DNA from: Planctomycetota bacterium | GTDB lineage: Bacteria > Planctomycetota > Planctomycetia > JALXBF01 | Assembly (NCBI GenBank): GCA_026991575.1 | Contig: JALXBF010000118.1 | Location: forward strand, 1 to 64,000 | Direction of reading: 5' to 3' | Length of the DNA stretch: 64,000 nt | Part shown: piece after piece, positions 50,760-60,559 of the stretch | Position numbering within the stretch: position 1 is the stretch's first letter | How the letters are laid out: each line of letters begins with the position of its first letter | The notes under the pieces: model-generated | Told to the model about the DNA's origin: nothing | The model's input: only the letters and a program-made list of their open reading frames with translations | Database searches by the model: none | Translations under genes and position numbers: made by a program

Positions 50760-51140
50760 TTATCTGCCCCATGGCCAATGCTTGATATTGAGTGCGTGTA
50801 TGCCAATGTGGGGGCACGGTCGACCGCCAAGTCGCACGGGGTGATAATCAATGCGGGCCCGCGGCTTCATGTTGCCTGGCCCGATCTGGATGAGACCACC
50901 GCTGCCCATCCTTCCACCTACCGAAACTCCCTCTACAAGTATTGACCAGTTTCCCAGCAGACACAAGTCGATACCTACGACGACGCAAGCCGCCGCGGGC
51001 CGATGATTGCGATGACTTCGTCGGCTGCGTTGTCAAGCGTCTGCCAGACGGGGTTGTTTGTCGGGGCGGTGTCCTCATCGGGATCGATCACCTTCACCGG
51101 CCGGTGCAACAGGTCGTACTCATAGCGCACCGTGTCGCCG
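50760..51140 (-). pseudogene. Rhs/YD-repeat fragment joined to a candidate toxin C-terminal fragment
   Basis: TVRYEYDLLHRPVKVIDPD...PVWQTLDNAADEVIAIIGP (YD repeat), then in another frame RIDYHP...PHIGIH...KHWPW*. Confidence 0.6.
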
Positions 51141-51227
51141 AAGGTAGCTGCGTGCTTGCGAAGGGGGTGGAGAGCAACACCCTGCCGAAGGGATGGGCGA
51201 ACCGAGCTTGCAGCTTGCGTTGGTAGA

Positions 51228-51539
51228 CGGCAGGGGCGGGGTTTATGGCCCCCTGCCGCTCCGTTGATGGGTAGCACCGGCGGTACGGGGTTTGTTTTTC
51301 TTCCCCGTTAAGAATCGCCGGACGTCGCGGACGCTGTCCGCGGCGTCGCGGGGTGGCATCGGGCCCCCCCCGGGACGACAGCGCAGTCTCTCTGTGCACA
51401 GCCCCCGCCCAGGGGAATCCGACCACGGGGGCCGCGGGCGGGATCGACCCGCGCGCGGGGGGCAGGGGAAAATCTTTTGGAGATGGGCCTGCGCTATCCA
51501 TCAACCTTGCGGGCGCAGGGCATAAAGCCCCCTGCCTGC
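51228..51539 (+). repeat. Structured ~310-bp dispersed element, copy 2
   Basis: Same block order as 17009-17286: GTTGATGGGTAG, AAGAATC, GACGYCGCGGAC-loop-GTCCGCGGCGTC, GCGGGATCGACCCGC, GCGCTATCCATCAACCTTGCGGG, GGGCATAAAGCCCCC. Confidence 0.85.
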
Positions 51540-51810
51540 CGATTGAAGCAGGCTGCTGGGTTGATTCGGCAATTCCGGACGCAGCATCCGGGCCACTCGT
51601 CGTCGAGTGCTGTGGCGTGCGGGGCTGAACCATCCGCTGGTCGGCACACGCGCGGGTCCTGCCCCTCGCCGCAACCACACCGGCCGCGACCGTCTCCGCA
51701 CCTGTCGCTGGAATACCGATCTGCTCGCCTGGCGGCTGGGGGCGCCGGCAAAGCCGCCTGGGCGCCGGTTTGGTCGGCCTGCGTCCGAGAACCGTTTACC
51801 CCGCCGGCTA

Positions 51811-51850
51811 CCGTGAACTCGCGGGAGGGGGGCATAAAGCCCCCGCCGCC
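51811..51850 (+). repeat. Solo terminal hairpin of the dispersed element
   Basis: CCGTGAACTCGCGGGAGGGGG is identical to 16999-17019; loop CATAAAG as in the right-hand hairpins. Confidence 0.75.
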
Positions 51851-52541
51851 GGTTTACGGAGGCTGTCGGGTTGAAGGGGGCCCCAGCGCAGGCGAAAGCA
51901 AGCGGCGTGAGGCGGGTCACGACGCTGGGCCGAGCGACCGCCCGGCTGTCGCCCGGTGTGCCGCGAAAAGCACCTGGCCCACGGAGTGCGTTTCGGCTCT
52001 TGCGCGCATTCTCCCGGTGGCCCACTTGCTGTGCGTGCTGCCGAGGCGGGGGCGGAGACGCTCACCGTGTCACTGGCGTATTGCTCCGGTTCGAGGGCTT
52101 GCAGGCCCATCCGTTTGGTTGATGCGACGAGTTTAGGGCCCCCGACAGCAAAAGCGGTTCAATAGCGCGGTGGATCGGGACAAATTCCTTCTGAGGGTGC
52201 CACGGGCGGCCGTCCCCCCCGCGGCGCGGCTTCCGGGGGGCTGCCCGGCAGGCGAAGTCGACGGCGCTCGGCGGCAGGGTAGGAGGAAACGCTGCCACGC
52301 GTCACTCGATGTGGAATGGACGGCAAGCTGTGTCCTTCGGCCGGGGAATCTGCGACCGCCGCCGTCCCCGCATTCTTCTGCCTGTTGGTTCTGCGGCAGA
52401 CGGCCGTCCCGGTCACCTGACTCGGAAGAGCTGCCCTGGGGCCGCTGGGCCATTCAAGCGACCCAAGACGGAGCGTGAGGCCTTCACTCGTTTCGTTGCC
52501 AGGCCGCAGATGGTCGGCCTGTCATTCCGGCGGGCAGCAGC

Positions 52542-53036
52542 CTACTGTTCTGCCGGGAGTCGTCGCCAGACGAGCACACTGAACTCGCCCTCTTCGCCGG
52601 GGAACATGCCGTGCACCTCGTAAAAAGTGTCCCGTGTGACGCGATAGACGTAGCGGCCCCCGGCCGCATTCTTGACGATCCCGGCTCCTGGCCCCTCGAG
52701 GACGGTGTAGTCGAAGTAATGGTAAATCGTCACATCACCCACTCGCTCCAGCCGAAAGCGATTTCTGTGCGCCCGGATCTTCTCGCCAGTGTGGTACATG
52801 TAGTACTCAACGATTTCTGTGTCTCCGCGCACCGTCTTCACGACGCGAATCACCCCACCCATGATCCAGTTGCCCGTGTACGTCTCCCACCGCCCCTGCA
52901 ACAGGTCGAAGTCTTGCTTGAGCTGGGCGTCCTCAGGTGGAGCCGCTCGGTGAGCCTGGTGAGCCGCCGACAGGATGCCCGCAATGCACGCTGCCCCGAA
53001 AAGAGTAGCCACCAAGCTCTTGATGGGCAGATACAT
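52542..53036 (-). CDS. Small secreted protein, TIGR03067-like N-terminal motif
   Basis: RBS GGGAGG; signal peptide; LKQDFDLLQGRWE. Confidence 0.65.
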   Translation of the reverse strand: MYLPIKSLVATLFGAACIAGILSAAHQAHRAAPPEDAQLKQDFDLLQGRWETYTGNWIMGGVIRVVKTVRGDTEIVEYYMYHTGEKIRAHRNRFRLERVGDVTIYHYFDYTVLEGPGAGIVKNAAGGRYVYRVTRDTFYEVHGMFPGEEGEFSVLVWRRLPAEQ

Positions 53037-53494
53037 GTGACAACCTCCCGGACAGATCTTTTCTTGGTTGCTCGACGACTGTCGAGCATTAATCTAGCAG
53101 TCGTCTGCCGCGGCTGCAACCAGCCTACAAGTCGGCAAGACAGTTGAGCCGTCGTCCCCGAGTCCGCCCGAACACTCCGCTGGCTTCTACTGTCCCTGGG
53201 GCTGGGCCGCACAGTCGGTCGAGACGGCCCGCCAAATGGAGTTGGGGGCCAATCGAGACGGTCGGAGGCACTGAAGCTCCGCAATAGACAGTTTCCGCTA
53301 CGGGCAAAGGCACGGACGGCTCAGCAAGACGCACGGCGCGAGCAATCCGTGCCACTGCGGGCGGCGAATCGAAGGTGTGGCAACACAGGATGATACCCTC
53401 GGCTACGTCCCTAAGCGTGTTGTTCTACCGCCCTGAACTGCGGGCAGGAACCACAGCTCGCCAGGAAACGGGCCACCGCCCGTCGGGCTGCCCT

Positions 53495-54025
53495 CTACCT
53501 GCGCTTCGCCTCCGCGCCGGCGGCCGCCGCATCAGCGGGCTGCTCGCTGTCATTGCCGCCCTGGCCCCCACTCCGAGCTTCCGATGTCACGTCATCGGAC
53601 GTTGGTCCCTCGGCGGCAGTCACCACGATCGTCCCCTGAACCACGTACAGCTTCCGCCCGTCGGTCACATAGACCTCCACAGGGTACGAAAAGCTCTCCC
53701 CAGCACGCGGCGTATGAACACGAAAGCGGATCGCCGTACTTTGTTGCGGAGCGAGCCGGACCGGCACGCTGCTCACCCTCCGCATTGCTCACCCGCCGTT
53801 CGTCCCGACCACCACAACCTCCTCCTCGGCCACGTTCCGCACGGTCAGCTCCACCACCATCGGTTCCTCCGGAACCGGCGCACGCACTTGTACCTCAGAC
53901 GGGTCAAGCACAGCGGGCAGCAAGCTGCTCGGCAGCCAGGCTGCCACACCGGCAACGAACACGCCAGCCAAAACCATCGCCGCCCAACCGGGTATCGACT
54001 GGATCAGAAAGTTAACCCTCCGCAT
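53495..54025 (-). CDS. Membrane-anchored DUF1573-like Ig-fold protein, candidate selenoprotein (Sec79 encoded by TGA 53789-53791)
   Basis: ORFs 53789-54046 and 53495-53785 are in the same frame; the TGA aligns without gaps to the Cys of GCA in the locus A DUF1573 domain; SECIS-like hairpin follows; RBS GGAGG before ATG 54025. Confidence 0.7.
53745..53788 (-). promoter_or_regulatory. Candidate bacterial SECIS element
   Basis: After TGA: lower stem TGCGG/CCGCA and upper stem AGCG-T-GCCG-GTC-CGGC-T-CGCT; apical GGTC 26 nt from the TGA. Confidence 0.6.
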
Positions 54026-55892
54026 CGTAACGCACCTCCAATACACGCCTCGAACCCTTCTGCACCGAATCGCCCGGAGCAGACTCTTGCGTCTGACGGG
54101 GCTTCGCTGTCCCCCACAGGATCCGGGCCAGGCGGGCCGATTCTTCAGGCGTAACCTCGTAGACTAGCACGGCTGCTCCCAACGTCGCAATGGGACGCAT
54201 GTGGCGCGTGTACTCGATCACACGAGACGTCGGCACGTTGGGATAAAGTGGCATGTATCGGTGGGGATCGATGATGTAGATCCCCGCCGGCGGTCCCTCG
54301 CCCCGGAACTCATCCGGCGGCAGCGGCCGCGGCACATCGATCGGCCAGTGGCTTCCTAGCCCGCAGGGATCCTGAAACAGTGCGTACACTGTGCGGCCTG
54401 CATCGCGGTAGCGCTGCACCAACTCTCGTATGAAAAAGTAGTCTTCCCCACCAGAAACCGACGGGCCGGCGAGCTGCAGATAGCCGGACTTGCTGCCGCC
54501 CACCAACTCGTTCAGATGTCCGTGAAAGTGCGGCGCTACACTGGCCACGGACCAGATCTGCCAGCTGAGCAGCCCGGCCAGCGCCAACGGGCGCCACAGC
54601 CCGAGGCGCCAGCCGGCGGCCAGCCCGCTCGTCCACACGATGAGGTACGGCAGCACCGGTGTCGTATACCGCAAGTGAACAGTGAGCGTCTTGTGGTACG
54701 AAAGCGTAGCCAGGACCAGCAAGACGGGGCCAAGTTCCAGCAACGTGGCACGTAGGGTGCCACCGCGCGGGCATAGTAACGCCGCGATCGTTCTCCACGC
54801 AAAGCACAGCCAGAACGCAACCGGCAACTTCGCCATCAGTCCGTACAGGTAGAAATACCATACACCTCCGTTGTGACGTCTACCTGCCACCCACGTGTCC
54901 CGAGGCACCCTGGTATCATGCAGTTGGAGATCCAGCCCAAGCACATAAGCATCGGGCAGCGGCACCGGGAGCCTGTTTACGACACCGCCCGTCACCGTTG
55001 CAGCCAGCGTTTGCAACCGGCGCAGCGAATCGCTACGAAACTGGTACGACCCCAGCGTTTGCAGGCGAGCGGTCCCCGCGTAACCGCAATACACGACCGT
55101 GCAGGCAACAGCCGCGGCAAAGACCAGCAGCACTGTACGCTCCAGTGCCCGTTGACGCTGGCGGCGCACCACGGCGATCCCTACCTCAACCAGCTCAACA
55201 ACCAGGTAAAACACTGCCAGCAACAGCACGGTGAACTTGGTCAACAGCCCCAGACCAACGGTGAGCCCGAACGCAGCCGCTCGCCCCGTACCAGGCTGTT
55301 CTCGGTAGCGGAAGTACGCCCAGCCGGCTGCCGCCGCCATCGCCGCCGTCAGACCGTCCGGGTTCAGGCACCCGGACCAATGCAGCAGTTCGGGATTCAG
55401 CACGTAGAACAAGACAGCTAGCAGGCCCGCTGCAGGCCCATGCGCTTTCCTGCTCCAAGACCACACGGCAATCGGCCCGATCCCGCAGGCAAGGGCAAGC
55501 GCGACGCGCGCCCACCTGAGCCAGCTCAGCGACTCGGGCAGGTTAGCCGAAAACGTAGCAATGGCAAACGGGAAGACGGTGTACGCATCCGGTCGGTCGA
55601 CGTAGGTGGTCCAGCTTTCCCAGAGGTTCTTTCCCTCCGGCACGAGCCAGACCGAACCCAGCCCGGCCACGATCCGTGACAGCGGTGGGTTAACCGGGTA
55701 AATGTCAAACCGGCTCAACTGGTAAATCGCGTAGGCCGAACACAGGTGCGCCGGCTCATTTACGTTCGGCGCGTGGACGGTTGCTGACCAGAGCACCGCA
55801 GCAAGCCACAGGGCCACCAATGTGCCGACGGTCACCCGCTCAAGAACGGACGGCTGTGCTACAGTTCCTCGTGCGCCTGCGTCAGGGCTCAT
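54012..55892 (-). CDS. Polytopic GT-C glycosyltransferase (ArnT/PMT-like) (locus B)
   Basis: RBS GAGGAGGG; HAPNVNEPAHL...VNPPLSR, LLTKFT, LPVPLPDAYVLGLDLQ, WYFYLYGLMAKLP, NELVGG; paralog of 21485-23554. Confidence 0.85.
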   Translation of the reverse strand: MSPDAGARGTVAQPSVLERVTVGTLVALWLAAVLWSATVHAPNVNEPAHLCSAYAIYQLSRFDIYPVNPPLSRIVAGLGSVWLVPEGKNLWESWTTYVDRPDAYTVFPFAIATFSANLPESLSWLRWARVALALACGIGPIAVWSWSRKAHGPAAGLLAVLFYVLNPELLHWSGCLNPDGLTAAMAAAAGWAYFRYREQPGTGRAAAFGLTVGLGLLTKFTVLLLAVFYLVVELVEVGIAVVRRQRQRALERTVLLVFAAAVACTVVYCGYAGTARLQTLGSYQFRSDSLRRLQTLAATVTGGVVNRLPVPLPDAYVLGLDLQLHDTRVPRDTWVAGRRHNGGVWYFYLYGLMAKLPVAFWLCFAWRTIAALLCPRGGTLRATLLELGPVLLVLATLSYHKTLTVHLRYTTPVLPYLIVWTSGLAAGWRLGLWRPLALAGLLSWQIWSVASVAPHFHGHLNELVGGSKSGYLQLAGPSVSGGEDYFFIRELVQRYRDAGRTVYALFQDPCGLGSHWPIDVPRPLPPDEFRGEGPPAGIYIIDPHRYMPLYPNVPTSRVIEYTRHMRPIATLGAAVLVYEVTPEESARLARILWGTAKPRQTQESAPGDSVQKGSRRVLEVRYDAEG

Positions 55893-56038
55893 GTTGCCCC
55901 TCCTCGCGTGCAGGCTCGTCCGACTGGCTGGCGCGGCTACCACAGGTGATTTGCCGGCCGTTTGGTCATGCCCACCTCAGACCCGTGGCCTGGGCCGCGA
56001 TCGCCGCTTTGTCCATCGCGTGTCCTGAGCCCGACGGT

Positions 56039-57163
56039 TCAGGACGTCTTGAGGGACCGTAGCCAACGGCCCAGTCCGATACCAGCCAGCAACAGCGCGA
56101 TCGCGGCCAACGCCAGCTTGATCGGACGAAGGCTCCCAGGCTCCGGTGGCCCCGTGACAACGTCGTCCGGCAATCCAAAGTGCCGCAGCGAAAGTGCGTC
56201 TGCACTCAGCTCGGTGCCAAGCACCTCGTACTCTACCTCCTCCTTCGATACGTAGTAGTGCCTTGCGTCGGAGCTCTCCAGCAGCATCTCAAAGGACACC
56301 GACTTCGCCAGCGGGATACGCGCGACCTCCACGTACGAGACCGCTCGCTCAATGTTCGACACGCCGCCATCGACAACCTCTCCGCGGTACGTTTCTTGCA
56401 AAGGCAAGTACGGCGGTGTGGTCTGCAGCACGAAGCGTCCAGACTTGTAAGGAAGCAGATCTAGTCTTTCTGGCTCTGGAAGTGCCGACAGATCCAGTTT
56501 CCATTCAACAATCACCCCCTCATCCTTGGCCTCCACCCGATCAAAACAAATATGGCCTCCCTTCGCCTGGCGCAGCCACATTCGAACGCCCCGAGGCACG
56601 GGCGTGCAAAACGGTCTCTGGCTGCCGTGACACCCCAAGACGTGTTGCGTCAGGTAGTCGACGAGACTCGGCGGATCATCCGGATCGTACACGTTGCGGA
56701 GCACATTCGTGATGATCCAGCCCCCGCCGCCGCTTCCGCTGAGTAGGAACGCCTTCCCGTTCCGCACGACCCCAGCCCTCCTCCTCGTGGCTGCGTTGAC
56801 TTCCCCGTCCCGGACCGGTACAACCTTCGTCTCCTGCTCCTCCCATCGTACTTCCGGCCACTTTCCCACGAATCGTTCGATCACCGTCCATCGCTCGTGC
56901 CGGACGACCCTCAGCGGTTTTTCCTCAGTATGAGCTGCGGCACTGTGGCTAGGTGCCGTTCGCACCGAGATGATCCGCTCGCTCTGGAAGCGCCGCTCGC
57001 CAGATAGCGCGAGCCTTTCGAGCTCCCGGCACCAGTCTCTCCAGGCTGCCAGGATAGCGTCCGGCGAAACAGAAGCCTGTCCGCTGTTTGGTGCAGGTGG
57101 TCCAGTCGCATGACACAGGAGTACCAGACCGCAGCATACTCCGGTCACTGCAGTGACAGGCAT
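56039..57163 (-). CDS. Exported protein with C-terminal TM anchor (partner class, locus B)
   Basis: RBS GGAGG; hydrophobic N-terminus; tail DALSLRHFGLP plus TM and basic residues. Confidence 0.75.
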   Translation of the reverse strand: MPVTAVTGVCCGLVLLCHATGPPAPNSGQASVSPDAILAAWRDWCRELERLALSGERRFQSERIISVRTAPSHSAAAHTEEKPLRVVRHERWTVIERFVGKWPEVRWEEQETKVVPVRDGEVNAATRRRAGVVRNGKAFLLSGSGGGGWIITNVLRNVYDPDDPPSLVDYLTQHVLGCHGSQRPFCTPVPRGVRMWLRQAKGGHICFDRVEAKDEGVIVEWKLDLSALPEPERLDLLPYKSGRFVLQTTPPYLPLQETYRGEVVDGGVSNIERAVSYVEVARIPLAKSVSFEMLLESSDARHYYVSKEEVEYEVLGTELSADALSLRHFGLPDDVVTGPPEPGSLRPIKLALAAIALLLAGIGLGRWLRSLKTS

Positions 57164-57416
57164 TTCATCACCTCCACCCTAACTGCGCGCTCGACCCGCA
57201 TCATCCCTGCGAAGCGCCCCAAGCCTCCGCTGCCCACACAGCCGAACTGTGGTCCATGTCCCGTATAGCGTACCTCGCTTCGGCGGCGCGGACGTGGCTC
57301 CAACGGGGGCAACGCGCCGTCTGCCGCGCGTCGACGGCGTCACCTCGGCGGTGGCGTTGTCGTTAGCCCCGTGGCAACAGCGTGCGTCAGCTCGGTTTCG
57401 AAAGACGACAAGGTAC

Positions 57417-57713
57417 CTAGGATCCAGGGACTGTGGCACCCTGAGGGAGTTCGCAGACACATTCGTCCCGGCTTCCAATGTCACATACACAGTCGGTGCA
57501 TTTCTTGTCCTCGGTCCGGCAGCCTCCTCTACAAGCGCGGACAGCAAGTGTGCAGTCGCGATCGCAGACTGCATTACCCTCGCAAACCGGATCGCGTGGA
57601 TTGGGGTTCTGGCCATACAGAGGGCGCTCCCACGGCAAGAAGGATCCGATCGCGATCCCGATGGAAACGCACGCCAACGCCTCGACGACCATCGAAACGC
57701 TCTTGCGCAGCAT
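57417..57713 (-). CDS. Exported Cys-rich mini-protein or precursor (locus B)
   Basis: RBS GGAGG before ATG 57713; hydrophobic N-terminus; core C-x5-C-x3-C-x6-C-x3-C-x6-C-x2-C-x-C-x7-C-x-C. Confidence 0.75.
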   Translation of the reverse strand: MLRKSVSMVVEALACVSIGIAIGSFLPWERPLYGQNPNPRDPVCEGNAVCDRDCTLAVRACRGGCRTEDKKCTDCVCDIGSRDECVCELPQGATVPGS

Positions 57714-57788
57714 AGCCAATCCTCCGACACTTTGCCACATTGCGCTGGATCCTTAGAATGGCTGCCCAGAAGTCTGCGTAAAGCGACA

Positions 57789-58647
57789 CTATTTTCCTGT
57801 TGGGAAGCGGAACGGGCAGCGGGGTGGGGCTCGTCCGCGTCCCGGTTCGGGGCTCGAAAAATGCCATACGCGGCGAACTCGCCCGCCGGGCCCAACCAGG
57901 AACGCACTCGGCGATTGGCCCGGGCACAGGGCAAGCTCCTCATTCTGCACGGTCACACGGTCTCGGCCTACGTAGAGTAGCCGGACCGGGTACCCTTCGC
58001 GCTCTGCCCGATCGCCCAACCGGCGAGCCCACGCCACACATCTTGGACACCAGTCGCGCACTAACACGTAGAGTGCTGGCCCATCTGGTCGGTCGTCGAC
58101 CAGCCGTACCGGGAGACTCTTCCCAGACCAGCTATCGGGATCAACGTGAACAACAGGTGCCTCCAAATGTTTCCACACGCCTTGCCCCAGTGCCAGCAGC
58201 TGCGCGGGAGGTGGTTGCAGCGCCCACACGGCCAGAACCATTCCCAACAGCAGCGCTGCCGTAGGCGGAAACGCTTGACGGATACGGCGTGCCAATGTAC
58301 CAACTAGCGCGGCAAGCACCAACGCATCGATGGTGGCAATGGCTGGCGGCGGAACACGCAGCCGGCCAAAGCACCCGCAAGAAGGGTACCCCTGGTAGGT
58401 CAACCACAGGGCTACGAGGAAAAGAAGTCCGTAGACGGCGAGGACCAGAGCATGCACTGCGCGCGCCTGGCTTCGGTACAGGGCAGCTGCGCCGACAGCT
58501 AGTTCCACAAACGGCCATACGCCCTGGGCCGCGCGGAGGGACCACCACTCAAAGTATACCCCCCCCAACTCCACCGACGACCTTTGTTAGGCCGGCCACA
58601 ACCAGAAGGAAACCCGCAACCTTGGTCACGATAGACGACATTGGCAT
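57789..58647 (-). pseudogene. MauE/DoxX membrane protein fused to a thioredoxin-like CxxC domain, frameshifted in a G8 tract
   Basis: N-terminus MSSIVTKVAGFLLVVAGLTK in one frame; VELAVG...YPSCGCFG...WCPRC in the next; removing one G at 58559-58566 restores a single ORF. Confidence 0.75.
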
Positions 58648-60559
58648 GGGTACTTCCCACTGGCACGAAGGCCATTCGTCTGCAACCGCGCATACTTTAC
58701 CCGGTGCGTCACGTCGCGTCAAGAAGCTTCGCAGCACAGGGGAACGCTTCCGCTTTCGAATGGGACCGTTCGAACACGCCGTGCGATCGGATCGTCCTTC
58801 GCTTGGGCCCTGCGCAGTAGGCGCAGCACCCGGTGGGGACAACCGGGCAAAAGGAATTCGGGCCGAACGAGGCGACCGGATGCTGTAGCCAGGCGCGAAG
58901 GGTCAGTTGGTACGCCCACGTACTACCGGTCCAAAGCGGCAGGAAGTCCACCGGCGTACACGCGTCATCCGCGTTGGCGGGCAGCCGTGCTAACGCAAGC
59001 GCAGGTAGCGGGAGGGTCACGCCTGGAGTTGATGGCGATGGCGAGCTTTCACAAAAGGCGCCTCCGTGCCGTAGCTCAGGAAAACAAGAGCACAGGCGCG
59101 GGGGCGACCCATGAGCCGAGAAGACCGGAGGCTGACGGATGTGTGTTGTGAGGCATCGTGGCAGTTCGCACCGGATCTGGCGAGACCAATTCTGGCCGGG
59201 AGGTATCGCTGCCGCCGCATGCATCTGCGATAAGTTCGAGGCGCCTGGGCGCTGACTGTGGCCGCCATCACGCTGTACGGAGCCTGCCAGTGCGGTTTAC
59301 TGCGACAGATATGCTCCTGGCCAGAGCCATTTGCATGAACACCAGTGCCACGGACTCGGCTCTGGAACGCCTCGGCGCCGTATCCTGGATCCTGTCGGCC
59401 TGGTCCTTCTCGTACTCGTTCACGCATGCCTTACGGGCCCTCACTCCCCAGGCGAGGCGTGATTACGTGCTGCTTGTTGCTACAAAGCTTGGAAGAACCT
59501 CTCCGACGGCTGCTGACTCGCGGTCGTCACAAACTCTTGGCCCGCTGCAAAGAAGAGGCCGATAAGATCATCGGCTATCTACGCAGGATCTCCAAACACG
59601 CGGGCGGCGGCGCTACGGTCGATATTGGTGGTGCTTCAGTCCGGTGGCCGCCCGACAGCGAGTAGTTCGCGGCGATAGCCCTCGCATACCGAACAACGCC
59701 TACGGACCGGCTGCCCGCGTTGTTGCATGTCCACGACGGTTCCACGTTGATGCTGAGTTGGACACGGGGACGGAAGGTCCAAGTGCGGGCCAACGGGGCG
59801 GCTGAGTTATCGGTCGGAATTTGTGGCATGGAGTGACGCGAGATTGGCAGCGTGGTGTGTCCGTCTTACGTAGTTCTGAGACGCCACTGGGACGAATGGT
59901 CTCGTGCGCAAAAGAGACGACCATGCCCCGGAGGCGGCGTCAGCCAGTTACTGTTCGCTGTGCGGCATACAAGATATGGCCTTCGGATCGGCGTCGTCGG
60001 AGTGGCGAGCCTACCTGCTCCCAGGTGTGCCGTGGCAGGCGACAGGTGTCGGAGGCAGAGATGGGACCCGGCCGGCAACATCGGTCGCCAGATTTCCCCA
60101 ACTGTGACCCCGGCCGGCGGGGACTGGTCCCGGCGTGTACAGGAGCAGAGGGGCGCCGGTTTTCCAGGCGGCGGTGGCTTCTATGTCGCGGCGCCTGTTT
60201 GCACGGGACGCTATCCGGCAAAGTGGGGTGGGCAAGAGACAGCTCCGGTGGGGGCTGGCTGGCTTTCTTCGGCCAGGGGGCGGACAGAATCGTCCGTTCG
60301 GCTTGGGATCCGGCATACGGCATTGACGAGGGTCCCAGGGTGTGGACCATCAGGCACAGTCTCAGGCTGGCCGGAGTGGTCCGTCCAGTGCATGGACGCA
60401 TTCCTAAGACCAACGTGGAGATGGTCGTTAGGATGACCGTCTCCAGTGGGCCGTACCGATGGTGCGGTGAGTGCCGGGTGAGACGGACCGAGCGGAAGTA
60501 GACGTGTATGCAATCGGAGACTTGCACAAGAGGAACAGGCGATCTGCGAGGAGGTCGCT

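Noticed and set aside
53495..53785. Independent 96-aa gene starting at the ATG just after the TGA
   Set aside because: It would begin mid-domain with no clear RBS; the gap-free alignment across the TGA favours one gene, though a nonsense pseudogene is not excluded
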